From NCBI GenBank assembly GCA_964247055.1, contig OZ176053.1, positions 7,316,001-7,380,000 on the forward strand: DNA of 64,000 bases, given 5' to 3'. Numbering within the stretch: position 1 is the stretch's first letter; each line of letters opens with the position of its first letter. Positions 27,851-43,300 of the stretch are shown here, one piece after another. Under the pieces are notes generated by a model that worked only from the letters and a program-made list of their open reading frames with translations, did not search any database and was not told the origin of the DNA. Source of the DNA: Paragordius varius. Its lineage: Eukaryota > Animalia > Nematomorpha. Made by a program: the position numbers and the translations under genes.

Positions 27851-30800
27851 AGATTTATTCTATTATTATTTATAGTTGATATCGAATTTGATTGATTAAT
27901 TAATTTATTTTTTGTTATGTTTTTTGAAAAGAAATATAAAATATACCATATTTATATGCCTAAAGTTTTAAAACAATTTTAATGCCTCACGTTTATTGAA
28001 AAATTGGGTGTTTCCTCATTACTATAGCCATGGGCAGACGCGTGTTAAAATTTCAAGAGTATTTAAAATTTAAGTCCTAGAAAATGAAACTATAAACTGA
28101 TATTTTTAAAGGGTAATTTTAATTATTAATTTATTTGACGCGGGTAATTTTTATATAATAAAAGGATAAAAAAGTGGTGATTTTGTATGAAATGAGTTGT
28201 TGATTTAAAAAATTTGAGGGTTAAATAACTGTTTAGCTGAATTCAAAAGGGAATGCGTATCCTTTGCTTCTTTTTTAAGGATTTCTGTGCGTGTGGCAAG
28301 TAAAGATTATACCAAAGTATAAATTATTTTAGAACTTAGCAACTATTTGGTGGACTTTCTTTAGTTGCCGTTAAAACTTGGTTATCATTTATTGTATGTC
28401 TAATTTGATTTTTTTATTAAAAGATTATAAAGATTCAGTGTAAACCAATGCTTGGTTATTGGATGTTAACTAAAATATCAAAAGCAACTATTTTTCTGAC
28501 AAATATGGCATATGGAGGTTAAGAATGAAACATTAACGCTAAATTTTATATTTTAAGAAGTATAAAAAATTTTAGTGAGCGAGAAGGCGAAAAAATTTTT
28601 AAAAAAATTGAGGCGCTAAATATCTTCATCGGTATATTTAGACGTAACCAATTTAACTTCCGATATGATGCGATTTTCCTTGACAAAATTTGAATAACTA
28701 ATTTTTAAAATTGAGCATTTATAAACGCGAACCTTGGATTTTTTAGGTGATATATTTAAACAAGTCGCAAAGTTAAAATTCGCTATTTTAAAATATCCTT
28801 TATATATATTTACAAAATATTTAAGTTTTTTTAACCAATTAGCTTTTAAAATTATTAAATATGAACGGGATAATTTTTAGCAAAGGAAGTGATATAAATG
28901 TCAAAATATAAATTTACATTCATAATCGCAAAGCCAAAAGGTTTTATTATAAATTAGAATCTTTCAGCTACTACCATTTTAAGAGATTATTAGCTTAGTA
29001 AAGTATAATTTGATTCGTAATGATGTTAAATGTAAACAATATTATATATATATATGCACATTAATGCTGGTTTCATATAGTGTATGTCAATTCGTAATAC
29101 AGCGAAGTATATTATAAAACCAATTTTGACCATAATTAAATATACAAAGTAATGTGCGAATGGTATTAATAAAATTTTGTTGTTTTTCATACACTACTGT
29201 GTTGCCAAACCAAGTATATGGGAATAAGCCAGCATTGCATATTGTATTATGAGAACTAATTGAAAATTTACCAGTAAAATAATTAGCATACTTAACTATA
29301 TGCTTTTGATCTGATAGATTAAGTCGGATTAAATAGTTTAAAGTGAGCCAAATCATAGTTTTTACCAAAAGTATTTGTTGAACCAAAGTAATTTTTAAAT
29401 AATTAATAAACGAAACAATTGAAAAAATAATTAGACGGTTTTTTATGATGTCTTTTTCCGTGCATAAAGGGCACCGAACAAATAATATTTATAAATTATG
29501 GCTGAAAATTTTAGCGCCTAAAATTACATGGTTGAACAAGTTTAATATATTGATAATTAATAATTTAATTATTATAATCTGCCTTTACGAATTCCGGCCT
29601 AAATAATGTAAAATATTTTGTTAATATGTTAAGGAATTGAAGCATGAATCGCTTTGAACACAATTTTAAATAATATAATTATTTATTTTTATATTTTTCT
29701 TTTATATAATATATTTTATTGATTAAAATTTCTAATAAAATAAAAAAATTTTAAGGATCGTAAAGTAAAAATATTTGAAAAAAAAGTATAAAAAAGAGAC
29801 GAAACAAATTATCTTTAATTTTTGGATAAAAACAACCACATATACTGACTGCACAGACATAAACTGCAAAAACACCATATTAACATAATCCCGCCTAAAT
29901 AATAAAAAATATCATTTTCTTTCTTATTAATTTTTTAATATTACATATTCTATAAAAAACCAAAATATTGTATCATTAAAATAAAATGATATATGAGCAA
30001 AGTACAAATGCAAAAAGATATTTTTTACAATATAGCCAGAGAAGCATATAGATGTGAACTCTAAAATGTGTTCACCTTACAATGTTCAAAGTATTATATA
30101 TTTTATAAAAAAAATATTCTTTTGATAAGCTTTTTATGTTTAACCATGAGCATAAATTTTTATGATATATATATAATGTATATTTCCTATATCACATCTT
30201 CCATAAGATTATTTTTTATTTCTTTAACAAATTTTATTTTGGGACCCATATAAGCAAGGCTTATTTTCGGATCATAAAACATGGATGAAAAATATTGAAC
30301 TACCATTAAAAATTATTTTTGACCTTTGTGTTTATCTCATCATATCCATTTGTACCTTCACAGGCATATTATTTTAGGAGCGAACAATGATACATATTTT
30401 AAGTATTTTTTTCAAGATTTCAACATTAAAGATATATTAAATTTTAATAGAAATTTTGGTAGATATTGATTGAATCAATTGCGTTATATTCATAAAAAGT
30501 CGATTGGTTTTAGGCAAGTTGACATAAACATATGATGTGATATAAGTTAAGGCACCAAAAATTGATAAAAATATTTTATAAGCCTTAATGGTATTAGAAT
30601 CAAACTGATATAGATTTATATATCTTTCTGTGACCACTAAACCTTTTCTGTTAGTGTCATAGACTTAGTTAAATTAAACAGCGTTTCTTAATAATAAAAA
30701 TTTTTATTGCTAGTTTATGGCTGTAAATTTAAACCAGCAGAAAATTTAAATTATCTTCAGTCATCATAAATATTTTGTGTAATTATTAAATACATAGTAA

Positions 30801-31546
30801 AATGGATAACAATAGGATAGCTTAAAACTTTATTAAAAATGGTAATAAAATGTTATCTCGTTCCCAATGTACTGAAAATTTATTGAGTATGGAGTGTAGT
30901 AATGTAAGTAAAATAATGTTATACCTTGGGAAATACCCAGAGTTAATTTTCCATATGATAAAAACATATTATGTATTTTTCTACCAAATAGAGAGGTAAA
31001 TGTTTTTTGCCAAAAACAATCAACTCTGCTTATATAGGAAAGATAATTTTTTCAAAAAAATATAACCAACCACATAAGTTAAATAATATCTATCAAGATG
31101 TACTCTAGCGATAAAAATTCATTTATAAAATATATACATATGCATTAAATATAATAAATTTATTTTAAAGTTGTAAAATATTTAGTCCATGATGTAATTT
31201 AAGCTATGAATATTTGTTAAATTTACATGTGTACACTTACAAACGATAAGATAATAAAAATCTAATTTATCATGAAAATTATAATTAGAGGATGAGAAGC
31301 CCATGTATTATTATTAACATTATTTTATAGGATATTCAACAATTTTTATCTAGTCGTCTACTCTACCTTTAAATATCAAAACTATGTGTAAAAAATAAAA
31401 TTCGCATTTATGTAACTCGAATGAGACAATATTTTTGACGTTGTACAGAATGCACCAGAGTTTATGTAAATATTCTAGTCCGATCCGTTGTTCTTATAGA
31501 GTGTTTGCCAAATTAATATCTTGGATTTTTTTAACTTTAAAGCAAA

Positions 31547-32108
31547 TTAACACTTGGATACAACACATTTATTTCAGTCCTTCGATTGTTATTGAGGTAG
31601 TTGGATACCCCAGGCCTCTTTAAAATTATATACTTTAAAAAATATTTAAGGAATTGAAACCATGGCAAAAGCTTGCAATTATATAACATTAATAAACAGA
31701 AATTTTAAAAAATACACATTCAATAATACTTAATATTACTTATTTTGAGGTAAAACCCAAAGTTATAAATTTAGTCAACTTAACATGTGTGCATTAGCTA
31801 AATATAAAAATAATTTAAAATAAGCCATTTTTTCTGTTTCTATCAATGTTAGATGTAATTAAAATAAAAAAATTAGCTTTAATTTTAGCTTTAAATTGCA
31901 AAATTTTGCAAAATTAAAATGGCGTCGAAACAGCTTGCTATGGAAATTTTTATTCACATTCAAATTTTGAGATATTTTGGCTTATTTATACAATTTTTTG
32001 AGGATAGAAGCATGATATTGGGACCGTTTCTTTCAGTAGTTTTTTAAAAACATCGAATCGAATATTGCCTGGGGTACTTAGATACACCAATTTGAATTGA
32101 AGTGTTAA
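31547..32108. mobile_element. About 555-bp non-autonomous element, TTAA|CACTT...AAGTG|TTAA (piggyBac-like MITE), copy 1
   Basis: TTAA on both sides, short TIR, subterminal inverted GATACCCCAGG / CCTGGGGTAC; collinear with 47262-47800 and 51685-52234. Confidence 0.8.
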
Positions 32109-33521
32109 ATAACTTTTTTTATAAAATTTTTAATAGTATAGGCGAAACTATATATTTCATTTTCAAAACATTATAAAAATTTTTGCATGGCTGCAAAGAT
32201 AATTTAAAAATTCTTGTGTTTCATAACCTTTAATAGCTCTCATTAGTTCTATTAAGTCAGTTGTACTCACCAAAAAAAAATTAAATGGCTGCAAAAATAT
32301 TCTTGTCTCAGGGGCTGTGTGCAACCTATTATACCGATTAAAATTTTATGGCTGTTTGACACATAATTATATTCAAAATAAATTCATCAAAAAAAAATTC
32401 AGGACCATAGCACTTCTAGGGTCGCATGCAGTCGATCCGTAGTTTGGGTACCGCTGAGTTAAATATTGACATCGCTCAATATTTAATGACCTTTTGGGCT
32501 TGTTTTATCACACAAGGCCTTTTATAATTTAAATATTTAAAAAAATATTTTTCATTAGTCCAAATTTAAAAATATTCTTTTTTAGCATTTAGGCGCATGA
32601 TACATTTTATTAAATCGTAAAAAAATCTCATCTGAAACTTTCCGCCATTATCTTTTCTTTAATTTATTGTACAGAACAGGCAGAATGTATAATAAAAACA
32701 AAATTTGGAAAGCTTAATTAAATTATCAACAAATGTTTATAATTATTGATATCATCATTAAATTGTGTTTTAAAGCTAATTAATTCAGATCTAGAGTTAA
32801 ACTGTAATTTTTTAAATTTTATAACTATTACAGGTAAATAGGGATTGATAATTTAATTTTCCGAAATTCAAAACAATAAATTGTTTAATAATTAAGTTCT
32901 GAGGCAGAAAACCATCGCGTACAAAAAAATGAAAATGCAATTAAGTGTCAATATACTTAATACCAATCATGCCTTTATCGGTTTTGTATCCTTGTCTTTT
33001 TAAAATGACTTTGTACTGTTTGAATAAATTTGGATAAGTTATGTAACACTTGCATAAAATTTTTAAAAATTAATTTAAAAATTTCAAAATTTTTATGATT
33101 TAAAATATTTATAGTATAAATTAATATTAATAGAGTTAAACATGTTTCCTTCATTTTTAATTACCAAAGGTTTCTAACATGATCGGGGTAAAGGGTTTGA
33201 TTAAATTATAAAAATAAGAAATTAGCTCATTTATAAAAGCTTAAAAGTCCATTTAGGAGTGATAGAAATGGCTTGGATAGTCCAAGAGGCATCAAGTTGT
33301 AACATGATTATATTTATAATAATGATAATCTCATCACATTTTGATTGTATATAAATAATGAAAAAGGCTTGGTTTTTAAAAATAATAAAAACTTATGATT
33401 AAAGATAAATAGCAGTTGTTGATGTATAATAATATTAATCATTATTTTCTAATAGAAAGTTTAATTTTTGCTTTTAAGCAGTTGTCTTAAGGACCTATGA
33501 AAACTTTAATATTCGCCTGTT

Positions 33522-33536
33522 GGGGGGGGGGGGGGG
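33522..33536 (+). repeat. G15 homopolymer
   Basis: Directly visible. Confidence 0.9.
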
Positions 33537-36500
33537 TTGATGGGGATCAAAAAAAATAGAAAATATGCAATAAGTCTAAATCTAAAACTATAAACAAGTT
33601 ATATCTACCCTACAACACTTGTTCTAATATAAAATTATTTTTTTAAAAAGCACGAATTACAACTTTACAGTGCCCGGGCAGGTGAATAAATATCTGTTAA
33701 GTCCTATAAAAATAGAATTCTTGATTAACAAATATTAGAAAAAAAACAGGCCATAAACCAGTGAAATATCATCGGAACGGTACTTTTTACCAAAAATTGC
33801 GGGGGCCGCTGCCCTTTTGCTATCCGAAAATTGGGTGTTTTTTTAGATTATTTAAAAAACGTTTACAATCCAAACAATAAAAATAAATTTTGTTTAACAA
33901 CACTAGAAAAGATCTAGATATATGAAAAAGAAGATGAAATACGAATGATTCGGTTCAATGTTAAAGGAATAATCTAAATCTAACTTGGAAACATTTTCCG
34001 GAAAAAGGTTTTATTTAAACATAGTTATTATTTTTATAGCAGCAAGCATGATCGAACCACTTTTTTGAATTTCCGTTCAAACCCGTATTTTCACAAAAAT
34101 CAAATTCCAATTAAAGATTTTTCCATATATATTAAATATCATTAATTCTTTAGGTTTTATTTTATAAATATAGAGATTATGAGTGAACACTTTTTACAAA
34201 TAGTTATTGGATTAAGGGTCATTTATAGATAGGTTACATATTATACTTTTGTTTAGTGGTTCCGGCCCATCCCATGTTAAATATTTTCATTCACAAAAAA
34301 ACACTTTTTTTCGAAATGCCCATATATTTATAAAAATGTCAATAGATGTTGGGTTCTAAGCGGATGAGATTATAATGATCCGTATATTATGGTCGGCGTC
34401 CTTTTTGAAACGCATCACAGACCCTCTCTCTAGTAAATAATCCTTTCATAACCTTTAAAACGATCATTTCTATTTATTCGACATCTGCAGAAAAAAGCTT
34501 TAAAATGTATCGCTTGCAAAACACAGATTAGTGTATTTTATATTCTGCTATATTAATATATAAATGAATATTTATTATTTTATGTCTATTTTTTATTAGG
34601 ATATCTAGCTACACCTATATAAACTCGGCTATCTGTCGCATTCATTAATGGAAAAAGGTTGTTATTAAAAAATATATAAAGCTAATTGTTTTTGTGGCTA
34701 CACTTTTTCTTGTCTTGTATACATTGTAACAAATATTTCTACTGACTGGAAAAGCCAAATTGTTTCATCTCAAACAGTAAATTTTTTCATGCTCTATACT
34801 TTATTGCTTTTTGGTTTTGTTTTTGTCACACATACAATACAATATTTTTCTTAGTTAAATATTTATTTATATTTATGGTTTTTTTCGCAATATTACATAG
34901 CATTAAGCAAAAAAGAAAGTAATAAAAATTCGTTTTTTCCATTTGTCGTGTAAAAAATTTATGTAATCGTGTCTCCAAGGAAAACTTTAAAGTTCTTATT
35001 AGGCCCATGTCACAAATCATTTTCTTTCTTTTCCTTTCACGCAATAGATAGACATAGAATTGGAATGTTATACGCTACCGTGGTCGCCATAAACAATACT
35101 CCACAATATTGAAAAAACCAACTACACAACACTTTTTTTGTAAAAATAATACTGTAATTCTAAACTATCTATAAGTTTTTACATTTGTATAGTATATATT
35201 CAATTTTCACAGAGAATGTCCGCATACAATTGTAAACATTATAAATATTTATGGAACCTATTATCCTTATTTATTACATTTTTTGAGCCTAATTTGATAA
35301 TTTTTAAAGATAAAAAACGAACAGCAAATAATAAATAAGATCAAAGGACATGTTCCGAAGGTCTTTTGAAGCGACATATTTCATTGAATGGACAAATAAG
35401 TCATAAAATTCATTGGCAGAACATCAAAGCTCTGCCTACATTTTCTAGATTCATCTACTTCATATTGGATTCAAACAATTGTTAAGATATTGTAATGGTA
35501 AAGATATGTTTAAGCCACAAAATAATAAAATTTATTAATTATAATATCTCATTTAATTAAACACGATAATTTAATATATGGGTAGTTTATGAAAAATTAA
35601 AAAATGTATGTAATAGCATCTAACAATAATTTTTATTTTAGATAGAAATCAAAAGACAATTATATTATAAAAAACAGGAATATTAGGTTATGAATCAATT
35701 AAATATTTTCCATCAGATAAAAATTGTGTGTAGGATATTATACGGATAGATTTGGGTTCATGATCAATAAATAAATACTTTTGTTTTAATTTTATAAATC
35801 AGCCATAACAATTGTGAAAATAATCGGTATTGAACCCTTATTCAATAGTATTTTGTAATTGTATTTAGTCAAGTCATCATATGCTTTATATACAAATGAG
35901 TATTTTTCCGTCATCTAATCCAATGCGCATAAAATGAAATTCAAAAATATTTTTTTAAATGAGCCATAGATAGCAAAAGCACTCTTATATACGGTATCAT
36001 CATTAATGTTGGTCAATTCTTATTTTTTTTGGCCAATTGACAATACAATAGCACATGGGTAAAAAACATCAAATGGTTGAAATAACATTTTTTTTCATCC
36101 TACAATACCTTAAATATGGATAAAATTTGTTTTATATCGTATGCTGTTGTATTACCAATTGGCCAACAATAATTTGAATCGACCAATATTCATATGCAAA
36201 CTGTAATTTGTAAACTAAGCAAATTATTTTAATTACATTTTTAAGTGTTTATCTTACAAATCCCAAATCTATATCGGTAAATTAAGCCAGTTAAGTAGAA
36301 AATTATTGGTTTTATTTGAATTTGTAATATATATATATATATATATATATATGTTTTTCGCTACCCAAACATATATATCATAATCAATTTTAAACATTCT
36401 GTAACTGTGTTATATTTCCAACAAAATAAATGAAAAATAGGCTACAAACAATATGTAATAATGGTGTTACTAATTTAAAATATTGATTTTTGTTCAATTT

Positions 36501-37318
36501 TAATATATAAGCCTTTTTATGACGTTAGATAGTTGCATAGTATCATAAAAATTTAATTACATACCATTATATATTATGCGAAAAAAAAAATAGTTTTTTT
36601 GTAATTAAATTATAAATCACCTTTTTACAGTTATTTAGCATTACTAATATATCAAATAAATGTTACACATCCGATTCCATTTTAACTCTCATAAATAATC
36701 TAATTTATTTCCCAAATATCCATTTATTTTAAAAACTTAACTGTTTCCATTATCATTGTTATGGTTCTTTTGTAAAGATTTCGTGTTAAAATGCATTTTT
36801 TTCATAGTTTTTTTTTCGTATGTTTAATGTGGTTAAATTAATGTTGCAAACTTTTTTGTCGCATTAATCAATCAATTCAATTGATTTCAGTTTTTAAATT
36901 ATATATTTAATGAAAAAATGCAACAAAAACAATGTAGTTTCAATAAAAAATCACGAATTTTGGAATTATCTGTTATACTACAATTTTATTTTGGTTTGTT
37001 TTGTTACGAGTTGGGAACAATAAATTATTATTATTATGGTTGGGGTTATTAAGCCTCATAAATATTTATAGGATTTTCACCTACCTCTTTTACCATTCAT
37101 TCTTTTACATCATAATGCTGGATTATTAATTTTTGCAGGAAAAGTATTTAACCTCTTTTTTTTAGTTTATAAAAATCCAAAATGCCGATTTAAGTCACAT
37201 AATCTGTAAAGAGGTTTCGTTTATAATGGTCAAAAACTTTGAACACACTACTCTTAATACCAAATAATTTTATATATATAAAAAAGGTGTAGTAAAATTA
37301 TTTGTATAAGAATAAACT

Positions 37319-40300
37319 TTATTTACGAACTAAATAAAGTAAAAATATTCCAGCATTAGCATCTTCAAATCGATACTTTTTTGACACCAAAAAGTTACGA
37401 ACGACATAATTCAGACGAGAATGTTGACTTTTTTTAGATTTGCCACGTCCCGTAATTATTGTTAATTTATGGAATTTATCGGAATCTGGCCTATGTATGA
37501 AAGCAATCAATAAAATTATAATTACAAGTCAATATCGTTAAAAATGGAATAATAATAAGAGGAATGAATATATCAACACTATTAATCATTGGTACGGTAG
37601 ATAAGAAATTGAAATTATATAGATAAAACGTAAAATCTATAAGACAAATATATCCATAATTTTTTTAAACTTGATTTTACTACATGAAATATCACAACAA
37701 TTTTGTGCAAATAACGACCCCAAAACAATGAGTTTATTACAATAATGTTAGTTCATACGATTTGCCTTAATAATTGAATGTTTACTGTAATTATTTTCTC
37801 AAGGTATAAAACAATCGGTTTTTTAGCAAAAGACAAAGATGTACTTTTTTTCAGACTTGAATTTTAAAATTTAATAAATCTATTAGTTATATTTTTGAGT
37901 AATTTATCTAATTGAAAAAGGTAGGACAAAAAATGTAATCAAAATACAGTTTAAAAATGCGCATAAACATTAATATATGTGATTTCTTTTACAGAACAAA
38001 GAAGTATGGCTATTTTAGAATTTAATTTACCAAAAAAATTTAACCAATCTAGGTATGCAAATTTATATGTATTATCATATACCATATTGTGTTTTATTCT
38101 GTACTTTTTCCATTCAAGAAAATGAGAAAAAAAGTTTATAACACTTACACATGATCAATTATTTTTTGTTGACACCAAGTTATGTATTCTTTGACAACCC
38201 CTAGGACTTCGGAAACGTGTAAACCATGGAGATCAATAGTGTTGGGAGGCAATCCATAGTTATTAACATTTAAAATTAATATTAAGGCTTTAAAGGTTTC
38301 ACAAGTATATTTGTGTTCCACTTCCCTAGCCTTTAAGTCGATAAAATAAATATTACAAACCAAATTTAAGGTAAAACATATTAAGAGTTTAATAAAATAT
38401 CGATAGTGACAAACCCCATTTACACTTCATTCACCCTTTATTTAAATTTAATTCCTAAGCTTTAAAAATTTATCCTTCAGCAGAACAAACTCACCCTATT
38501 ACCTATATACCTTAAAAATTAACATTTAAAACAAATGTTTTTGGGTTTTAATTTGATTTAATTTATGATGTAAATTTTAAGTGAATATTTCAAACATTGT
38601 CAAAAAATATACGTAAATCCAATGATGACCTATCTAATAGAATATAAATAAACTGGATACAAACAAAAAAATGATAAACTGCGCCAAAAGTCTTTTAAGA
38701 TTGGAAGTAAATTTAGGCTATTTTTCAATTTTATTTCGATAAGTGAATTTGAAATGAGTAAAAGTAAATTTAAAGTGTATGCAACAGACACTTTCTTATT
38801 ATAGCCGATAATTAGGATCAAATGTACGGAGAACAATTAGCTTTTTCATGCAAAAAAGTTGAATAATCTCTATTAATTTTATAACTCTGTTTAGTTAGAA
38901 GGAAAGAAAAGATTAAAACATAATTATAAACTATTATTGTCAAAATAAACAATACCGTTTGACGATAATATTCAGCTATACCAGCACGGAAAGCTAAATT
39001 CGAACGCCGAGATGTTTCATAAGCCTTGGTCATGTAGCCACGTTTTACGCTTTGTAGTTCAAAAGCATACCCCCTTATCGCAGTATAAACCAAATTTCTA
39101 TGATAATTTTTTTCGTAATTATTATCGGCTCCGTCTTTAGGATTAGACCCCAGTTTTGATGATGAATTGTTAAGGGAAGAATTGAAAATATTATTATTGG
39201 GGAGTTGTCCGGATGGGTTAGATAAATTTTTATTAACGTAAGATAAGCTTGTTTGAGAAACATTTATGGCACTCAAATCAGGTTTCTATTATGCAAAAAA
39301 ACTAATTTTTATGAAATAATTGGTCGAAAACGTTGCAAAACAAAAATTAGTTAGTAATTAATTATATTTAATTTTAAAAAATTTAAGTTCACCAATTTTA
39401 AACAAAAAAAACCTTGTTACATCCAATTTCTACTATGGTATTTAAATTTGTTAATAATGCTAATTTGATTTGACTAACATATTATCATGTGTTGGACAAC
39501 ATTGCTATAGGAAACAATTATTGTAACGGTCATAATAAACTGAACCCAAACCTTATTGTAAATTGATTCAAAATCATATTCCTCATTCATTTCGGTTTCG
39601 CTAATTTCGTCCTCTTCATAAAAATTTTCATTCAAAGAATTTTTAGCAATCTCTTCATTGTTAGTTATTGGGTTATCATCATTTAAAAGATTATTAATTA
39701 TATTTGTATTGTTATTGTTCAAGACGGAGGATAATTCTTGCTTAGTGGTCGGCGCTTTATTCAAAATATGAGAAAAACGAGGTTTTTCGCCTAAATAATA
39801 ATAAAGCTAATTTAATGAATAATTAAGAGAGATCGGATCAAATAATGTATTAAAGTTTTTCAAAAACCATATAAGCAAAATTAACTTATTATGAGAAAGA
39901 TGTTACTAAAAAATCAAAAAAAAAACTAAAATATACTAGCTTTCTTAGGATCATTTTGAAAAGCAGGCAGAGTGTTATCAAAAGCAACAAACTGTTTTTG
40001 TATAAATTGGGTGGTGGTATCCAAATCGAAACTGTCAAATATATTAATTAATACTTTCATAATTTATAACAAGAACCTTGACGTAACTTTGCGCAAAAAA
40101 GGAACGCTTCGACTTTTGGATTATAATGGATATATGGGCGCAAATGTATGCAAGATAAAATAAGATTTTGATCAATAAAGAAAAAATAACTATAAACATT
40201 CAATAAGTACAGCTTGTTACTATATAAAATTTAATTGAATACATAATTAAAGGTTTTTACTTAAATCCCAAAAATAATTCGTAGAGGAGAGCGGGATCTA

Positions 40301-43300
40301 TTGTGGGAAATTTGGCTTCTAACACGTTGCGATTCAACATGTTTGATATATTGAGATGAGGGGATTCTCGTGCCCAAGGAGGTAGAAAAGTATCTTAAAA
40401 ATTATATAAAATATAACAATTATATTATTAATAAATTTATGTGACATACATCAAATTATATAAGATATATCTGGTGGAAAACCCATACTTATTATAAATG
40501 AAAGATATACACGCTTTGCATATATAAAGTAAAAAATTTGCATCAAGATTTTATCGGGAAGTAGGTGATGTCAGGCTATTAAGATATTAGATCGGATTCG
40601 AAAAAAAGTATACAAAAAATATTATTTACAAACCAATTTTGGTGTCGCTATAAATAAACTAAAATCACAATTTTTATGTACATGGGGTATATTTTTTAAT
40701 ATAAAAAACTGGTGTGAAAAACTGTATATATAGTAAACAATGTTTATTAATAAATCTTACATTGGTGTTTGGAAATGGTTATTTATATAATTTAATATTA
40801 AAATTTAGGATTACATCGATAAAACATCAAAAACGTGATCATTTAATAAATTGAAATTTTCATCCTTAAGTGTTACAGATATGAAGTTTGAGTTAATTTG
40901 AAAATACCTTAAGAAGGTGCTAATGTAATAATACCATAATAATTATTTTTGCAAAAAATGTTATCAGAATATTTAACAATTTCTTAATGATTTTTGTTGG
41001 TAAGTTAAAATATTAAACATTTGCTATGTTGGATTAATTATAGAATAATTAAACATATTTAACACTAGTAGACAAATTTGGACATTTTTAAGCACCACCA
41101 CTCAAACTTTTTAAATTATGACTAATTTCAGTGTTTTAAAACCGAATTTGAAAAAAATTTTGATCCCGCCAATCACAATTTTGAAATTTTATAGGTTTTT
41201 CAATTTTTCAAAAACAAGTGAAAATCGAGAGAAAATTAAATATAACTTTATAATAAAATGTTATTATATTATAAACTTAATATCATTTAATAAAGCGTTT
41301 TAAACTCTATCTTTTAAATATAAATATGTCAAATATCAGAGAGAAAAAAATAGTACGGACTTAAACGTCAAAATTTAGTCTTTTTTTTTTCAAGTGAATT
41401 TTTAACACATATAAAATTTTTTTAAAAAAATACTAAAAAAGGCATTCTATGGTTTAAACTTTCGGCTTTCAGATAGGCTATATTTTTTTTGTTAGTTTTC
41501 GTTCTTTCGACTTATTAGACTTTTTCTCTTGAGTTGATTCTTATAAAAAATCCTTTATTTATACCTAGTGGATATACCTTATTTTTTTAAAATTATTGGT
41601 TTTTTTGTATTTTGAATTTCAGATGGATGTTGTGTAGCCACTTTTAGTAGAATTTACTGTTATGGGGTTGGACCATTTGTATTTACCTAATTTATATTCA
41701 ATTTAATTGTAAAATTTATCTAACTGTATTCTGTAAATTGGTTAATTTGACATGTCAATTTGCCTGGATTGCTTGCAAGTCTCTCTTATCGGACTTTACG
41801 ATTACTTATTGTTATCTTTGCCACATCTGGCATAATTATAGGATCGCTAGGGGGATATGCAGAGCTTGTGCAGCCGCCCGGATCTATCACACTATACTAA
41901 GCCCTTTTCGATTTTTAATACTTTGGCTCTTAGCTTGTTTAGTATCTTATTTAATGTCTAGAATTTGTTATCCATGCATGAAAAATTACTTGTATCGACT
42001 TGCTTGTTTGAATATTTAAACATAGGTACACGAGGAATGATTGTTATTTTTGAATTAAATACAAATTTAAAAATTAAATTTTGGAAAAATCCTATTGGTG
42101 GCCTCAATTTTCTTTTTTGTTTTGGCCTATCCATGCCATTAGGTATCAGAAAATGCAAAAATAATGGGGTGGTGTTGAGCAGTGTAATTAACTTAAAATT
42201 AATTTAAAATAAGGCCATTTTATAATAATACCTAAAATCAATTGTGAAAACAATATTAGAGATTAAGAATGACATATTTTGCAGTAATATACAATTTTGA
42301 AAATAACATGATTACAGCTCTAACATTTTTCTGATATAAACTTTCAGAACAATTTGCCATTCTTTGATATAATCTTTTCATTCTAAACCATGGGGGGTAT
42401 CCAACACGCGGGCCTCCAAAATGTTTTTGCAGCCCGCAAGAAACCTTAGTTTAAAACTTTAGGTGAATCAACTAAAATTATTTTTTCAAACATATTTACC
42501 GATTAATTCTGAATTTTGGTAATATGCGGTCTGCGAAGTTATTTGTTTAGATATCCCTGTTCTAGACAAAAGCACATATTTAATTATTTTGCGATAGGAT
42601 TCTAGATAGATATATAATTTTTCAAAAACATATCTCGTTTCCCTTGAATACTATAAATAATCCATGGATTTATGAAGACATCAAGAAAATCATTTAAACA
42701 TAAATGGCATGTCATATGCTATAAAAAATGATTAAAGTGGTACGGTTATAACCCATCTAATTCTACTTTTTATTTGTACCATATGGCCGAAAGACTATTT
42801 TAACGGGGAATCGAAATTCAACATGAGAAGCGTTTTATATTTCAATTATACAATTAAATGAAAAACCAAACAATTTCATGTGCGCAATAATACCATTTGC
42901 ATTTGAGGTCGAATTTCCTCCATAAATTGTAGGATTTGTGTTCAAAGGGTTAAAAGTATTGTCACTGTAATGAGTATTAAAATAGTTGTCTTGATTATCT
43001 TCTTGCTGTCTCACCCACTTAAAGTATAAGGTTTGCGCCATGGATTGATTAATTTGCACGGAACGATCGAAAAAAGCCAAATCATCTATAAAACCAACAA
43101 AATTAACGGTTATACAATTTGGGTAGATCCAAATAAATAAACTAAATATAGCAAAAAACCTCGGTTAAATGGTTTTGATGGGATTTGATATATCGATTGC
43201 ATTTGAATTAAAAATTCTGGGTCTAAGACAATCGTAGTATCTGAAGGTATAGTCATCGCATTTGCAACTTGGTTTATATTACAATTGAGCATATTTGTGT

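Noticed and set aside
34300-35450. Possible decayed piggyBac transposase (-)
   Set aside because: Only vague resemblance in short, stop-ridden fragments; no convincing catalytic motif.
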